Source: Desulfobacteraceae bacterium
GTDB taxonomy: Bacteria; Desulfobacterota; Desulfobacteria; Desulfobacterales; SKZT01
Length of the DNA: 51,975 nucleotides
Assembly (NCBI GenBank): GCA_007127235.1
Contig: SKZT01000068.1
Span: forward strand, 1-51,975
Reading direction: 5' to 3'
The notes under the pieces: model-generated
Told to the model about the DNA's origin: nothing
Seen by the model: only the letters and a program-made list of their open reading frames with translations
Databases searched by the model: none
Position numbers and translations under genes: made by a program
Part shown: piece after piece, positions 49,956 to 51,975 of the stretch
Layout of the letters: every line of letters begins with the position of its first letter
Position numbering within the stretch: position 1 is the stretch's first letter

Positions 49956-50505
49956 TTATAACCAGGAAATTTTCAATTTCAAAAGCTCATCGTCCAGCCC
50001 ATAACGAACCACGTCTACACGGTCGCTGTTTTGGGAAACAAAATCTCCTGTCATAACCGGAAGCTGAAATGGGAAGAACCCAGGATTGTTCAACAATAAC
50101 CCCAATGTTGCCCTGCCTTCAGGAGTAGCGAGCAGCGCTGCTTCAACCATCAGAATTGCCAGATCCTTATCGACAATTTTCACCGGGGCTGCTTTCTTGT
50201 AGCATCCCTTACAGTCGGAATCTTTCAGCACTCCCCAGGCTACAAACGATCGCATGGTATAACGGGCATTTCTGGCAACTGTTTCCCTGTCGCCATAATG
50301 TTCTTTGAGTCGATTGAAAACTTGAGACTGGGTAATTTGGTCTTGGAGATTCAGCAATCGTCCGGTTTGTTTGTAGATAGTTATCAAGTTCCAGACGAAT
50401 CTCTCTTTCGGACATCCCTACCAGCATCATCTGAACGGTCCGGTCCATCCAATGCTTTTGAATGGTCTGTTTAATGCCTATTTTTTCATGTCTTTGGTTT
50501 ATCAC
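49956..50505 (-). pseudogene. brxA: BREX type 3 BrxA-like gene with frameshifting internal deletion
   Basis: N-part MINQRHEKIGIKQTIQKHW...LDNYL and C-part KQTGRLLNLQDQIT...YGDRETVARNARY...WGVL are in different frames joined at about 50370; start overlaps the pglZ stop (ATGA). Confidence 0.7.
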
Positions 50506-51466
50506 CGTGTCCTCCTTTCAAATTTCACAAGGGGCACGATGACTTCTTCAATGGCAATGCCTCCATGGCCGACAATTATGTTTCCATCGTTTATAAAGGC
50601 ATCCCGACCTCCGGCAATGAGTGGAAAATAATTTTCCGGAAGTCCGACCGGTTGCCATTCCTGGGCAAACGTAAATGATGCGGTAACCTGTGAACGGAGT
50701 TCCGGCGTGGGGTAAATACGAACCCGTTCACCGCGGGTTTCGGCAATCACCCCTTCAGAGGGTCTTCCCTTGCCTTCGCATTCGATATTGCCGTGATCGG
50801 CCGTGAGCCACACCTCATAACCATAATCCAGCAGATACCCAATCAGTGCACCGAGGAATCCACCCTGGCACCACTGCCTGATCTGATTATGCATCCCGGC
50901 CGAACCAAGCTGCATGCCGTGCATGATTTTATCGACCTTCCAGGAAAAGGTTATCGATGTAGACCTTGATGTCCTCATGGTCGAACGGCAGGTGATCCGG
51001 GCCGGGATATTTGAAGCCGTATTCCAGAAACTCATCCCAGACCTGATGCAAATTGCCAAGCCTGGAAAGAAATACCGGCCAGCGTTCCTGCAAAAAGGCG
51101 AAGAATGCCTTGTCGTCCGGAACGATTTCAGAGACCGGCCAGGTCTTTAATCCTTCATGGCTTTTGAGGACCTGAACGAGTCGCTCGGCCAGCATCAGAG
51201 GGATCTGAAGATTCCCATAATGAAGACGAAGCAAAGCGCGAAGCAGCTCCACCTCTTTGGCAATCAGTTCTGTGGTAATGCCGAACACATGGCGGAGTAT
51301 GAAATCCTTGGTGGCGTTGTCGCCCATATGATCCGGGGACGCCTTGCTTTGGGCATCAAAGAGTGCATCGAGCAGGCTCCGGTCGAGCTTTTCAATGACC
51401 GGGTAGCTCAGGTTGGGGAATATCTTTCCGAGGTTAAATGACAGTTTGCGGCCGGCCTGGAGCAGG
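50502..51466 (-). pseudogene. pglZ: BREX type 3 PglZ phosphatase-like gene, lacking its N-terminus and a central segment
   Basis: Fragment LLQAGRKLSFNL...FLQERWP...YIDNLFLEG joined out of frame to VDKIMHG...LTADHGN...GHGGIAIEEVIVP (PglZ metal-binding C-terminal motifs). Confidence 0.8.
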
Positions 51467-51975
51467 CTTCCCATATGCAGTTCAACTCGGAGTACATAAG
51501 GTTGTCACCGAATGGTGGATCAACGAATATGTAATCAACTGTGCTGTTTGGGATATCTTGAAGATTTGTAGCAGAACCTGTGCTGACAATGCACCCGTTA
51601 GCTCTTGAGCCAGGCTCGACCAATGCACTTTTTATTCTCAAATCGAAGCGTTCGAATACATTGGTCTCAATTGAGAGCGAAGGTACGTACCATGTACCTC
51701 TAAGGCTGGTTATCTGCCCTCCCTTTTTGCCAAAGTAATTCGACATATGAAGGCGATTCTCGCGACCACACCAGGGTAGTGTAGAGGTGAACCAGAACAG
51801 TAGAGCACGGTAGCCCTCAGCAAGTCTTCTCAAAGACGAAAGAGCCAGCGAATTGCGTTTTGTGTAGAAATGATGAACATGTGTTATGCCAGCAGGATCG
51901 TTTCTTCGGCTTTCATCTCCTTCAGGCATGCGTGTTATTGGAAACCACTGGTCGAACGGAATCTTCTCGACTTTA
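51463..51975 (-). pseudogene. BREX type 3 DNA methyltransferase (PglXI-like), C-terminally truncated; 5' end beyond window
   Basis: Open frame from the window edge: HVHHFYTKRN, GTWYVPS, VDYIFVDPPFGDNLMYSELN (DPPF motif IV of amino-methyltransferases); homology breaks after CIWEA where pglZ sequence begins. Confidence 0.75.

Noticed and set aside
50209-51474. Overlapping BREX ORFs as programmed ribosomal frameshifts or four intact small genes
   Set aside because: No slippery heptamers at the junctions, and the joined motifs appear to come from distant parts of the parent proteins, which fits deletion.
1-51975. CRISPR array, tRNA, rRNA or autonomous transposase/integrase
   Set aside because: No regularly spaced repeats, cloverleaf or rRNA-like sequence, or transposase motifs were seen by eye; a tRNAscan/Infernal run would be definitive.

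Overview
Mostly core chromosome of a low-GC deltaproteobacterium; gene content (HdrA, DUF6901-like and PilZ proteins, SecF insert) suggests a Desulfobacterales-type anaerobe (inference). Left to right: glycogen genes (a >1300-aa GH13+GH133-type debranching enzyme running off the left edge and absent from the ORF track, plus a glycogen synthase), fabH, a lone gspF, OmpA, tsaA, M29 aminopeptidase, murJ-ftsB-epimerase, rpsT, leuS-lptE, rne/rng, yajC-secD-secF-dprA-topA, a selenocysteine-containing HdrA split by the ORF caller at an in-frame UGA with a SECIS-like hairpin, comEA, a CNNM/CBS protein, an IscU-like protein, pncC/cinA, and a trpEGDCF operon (no trpBA) behind an unannotated Trp-Trp-Trp leader peptide and attenuator. 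The right end is a BREX type 3-like defence locus (pglXI-pglZ-brxA) collapsed by three separate internal deletions. Non-coding structure includes three copies of a ~105-bp MITE-like element and a ~200-bp nested REP-like palindrome. No rRNA, tRNA or CRISPR array was seen. I found no clearly new multi-gene system; the best leads are the recoding, regulatory, repeat and fusion observations below. Family names come from motif recognition, not database searches.
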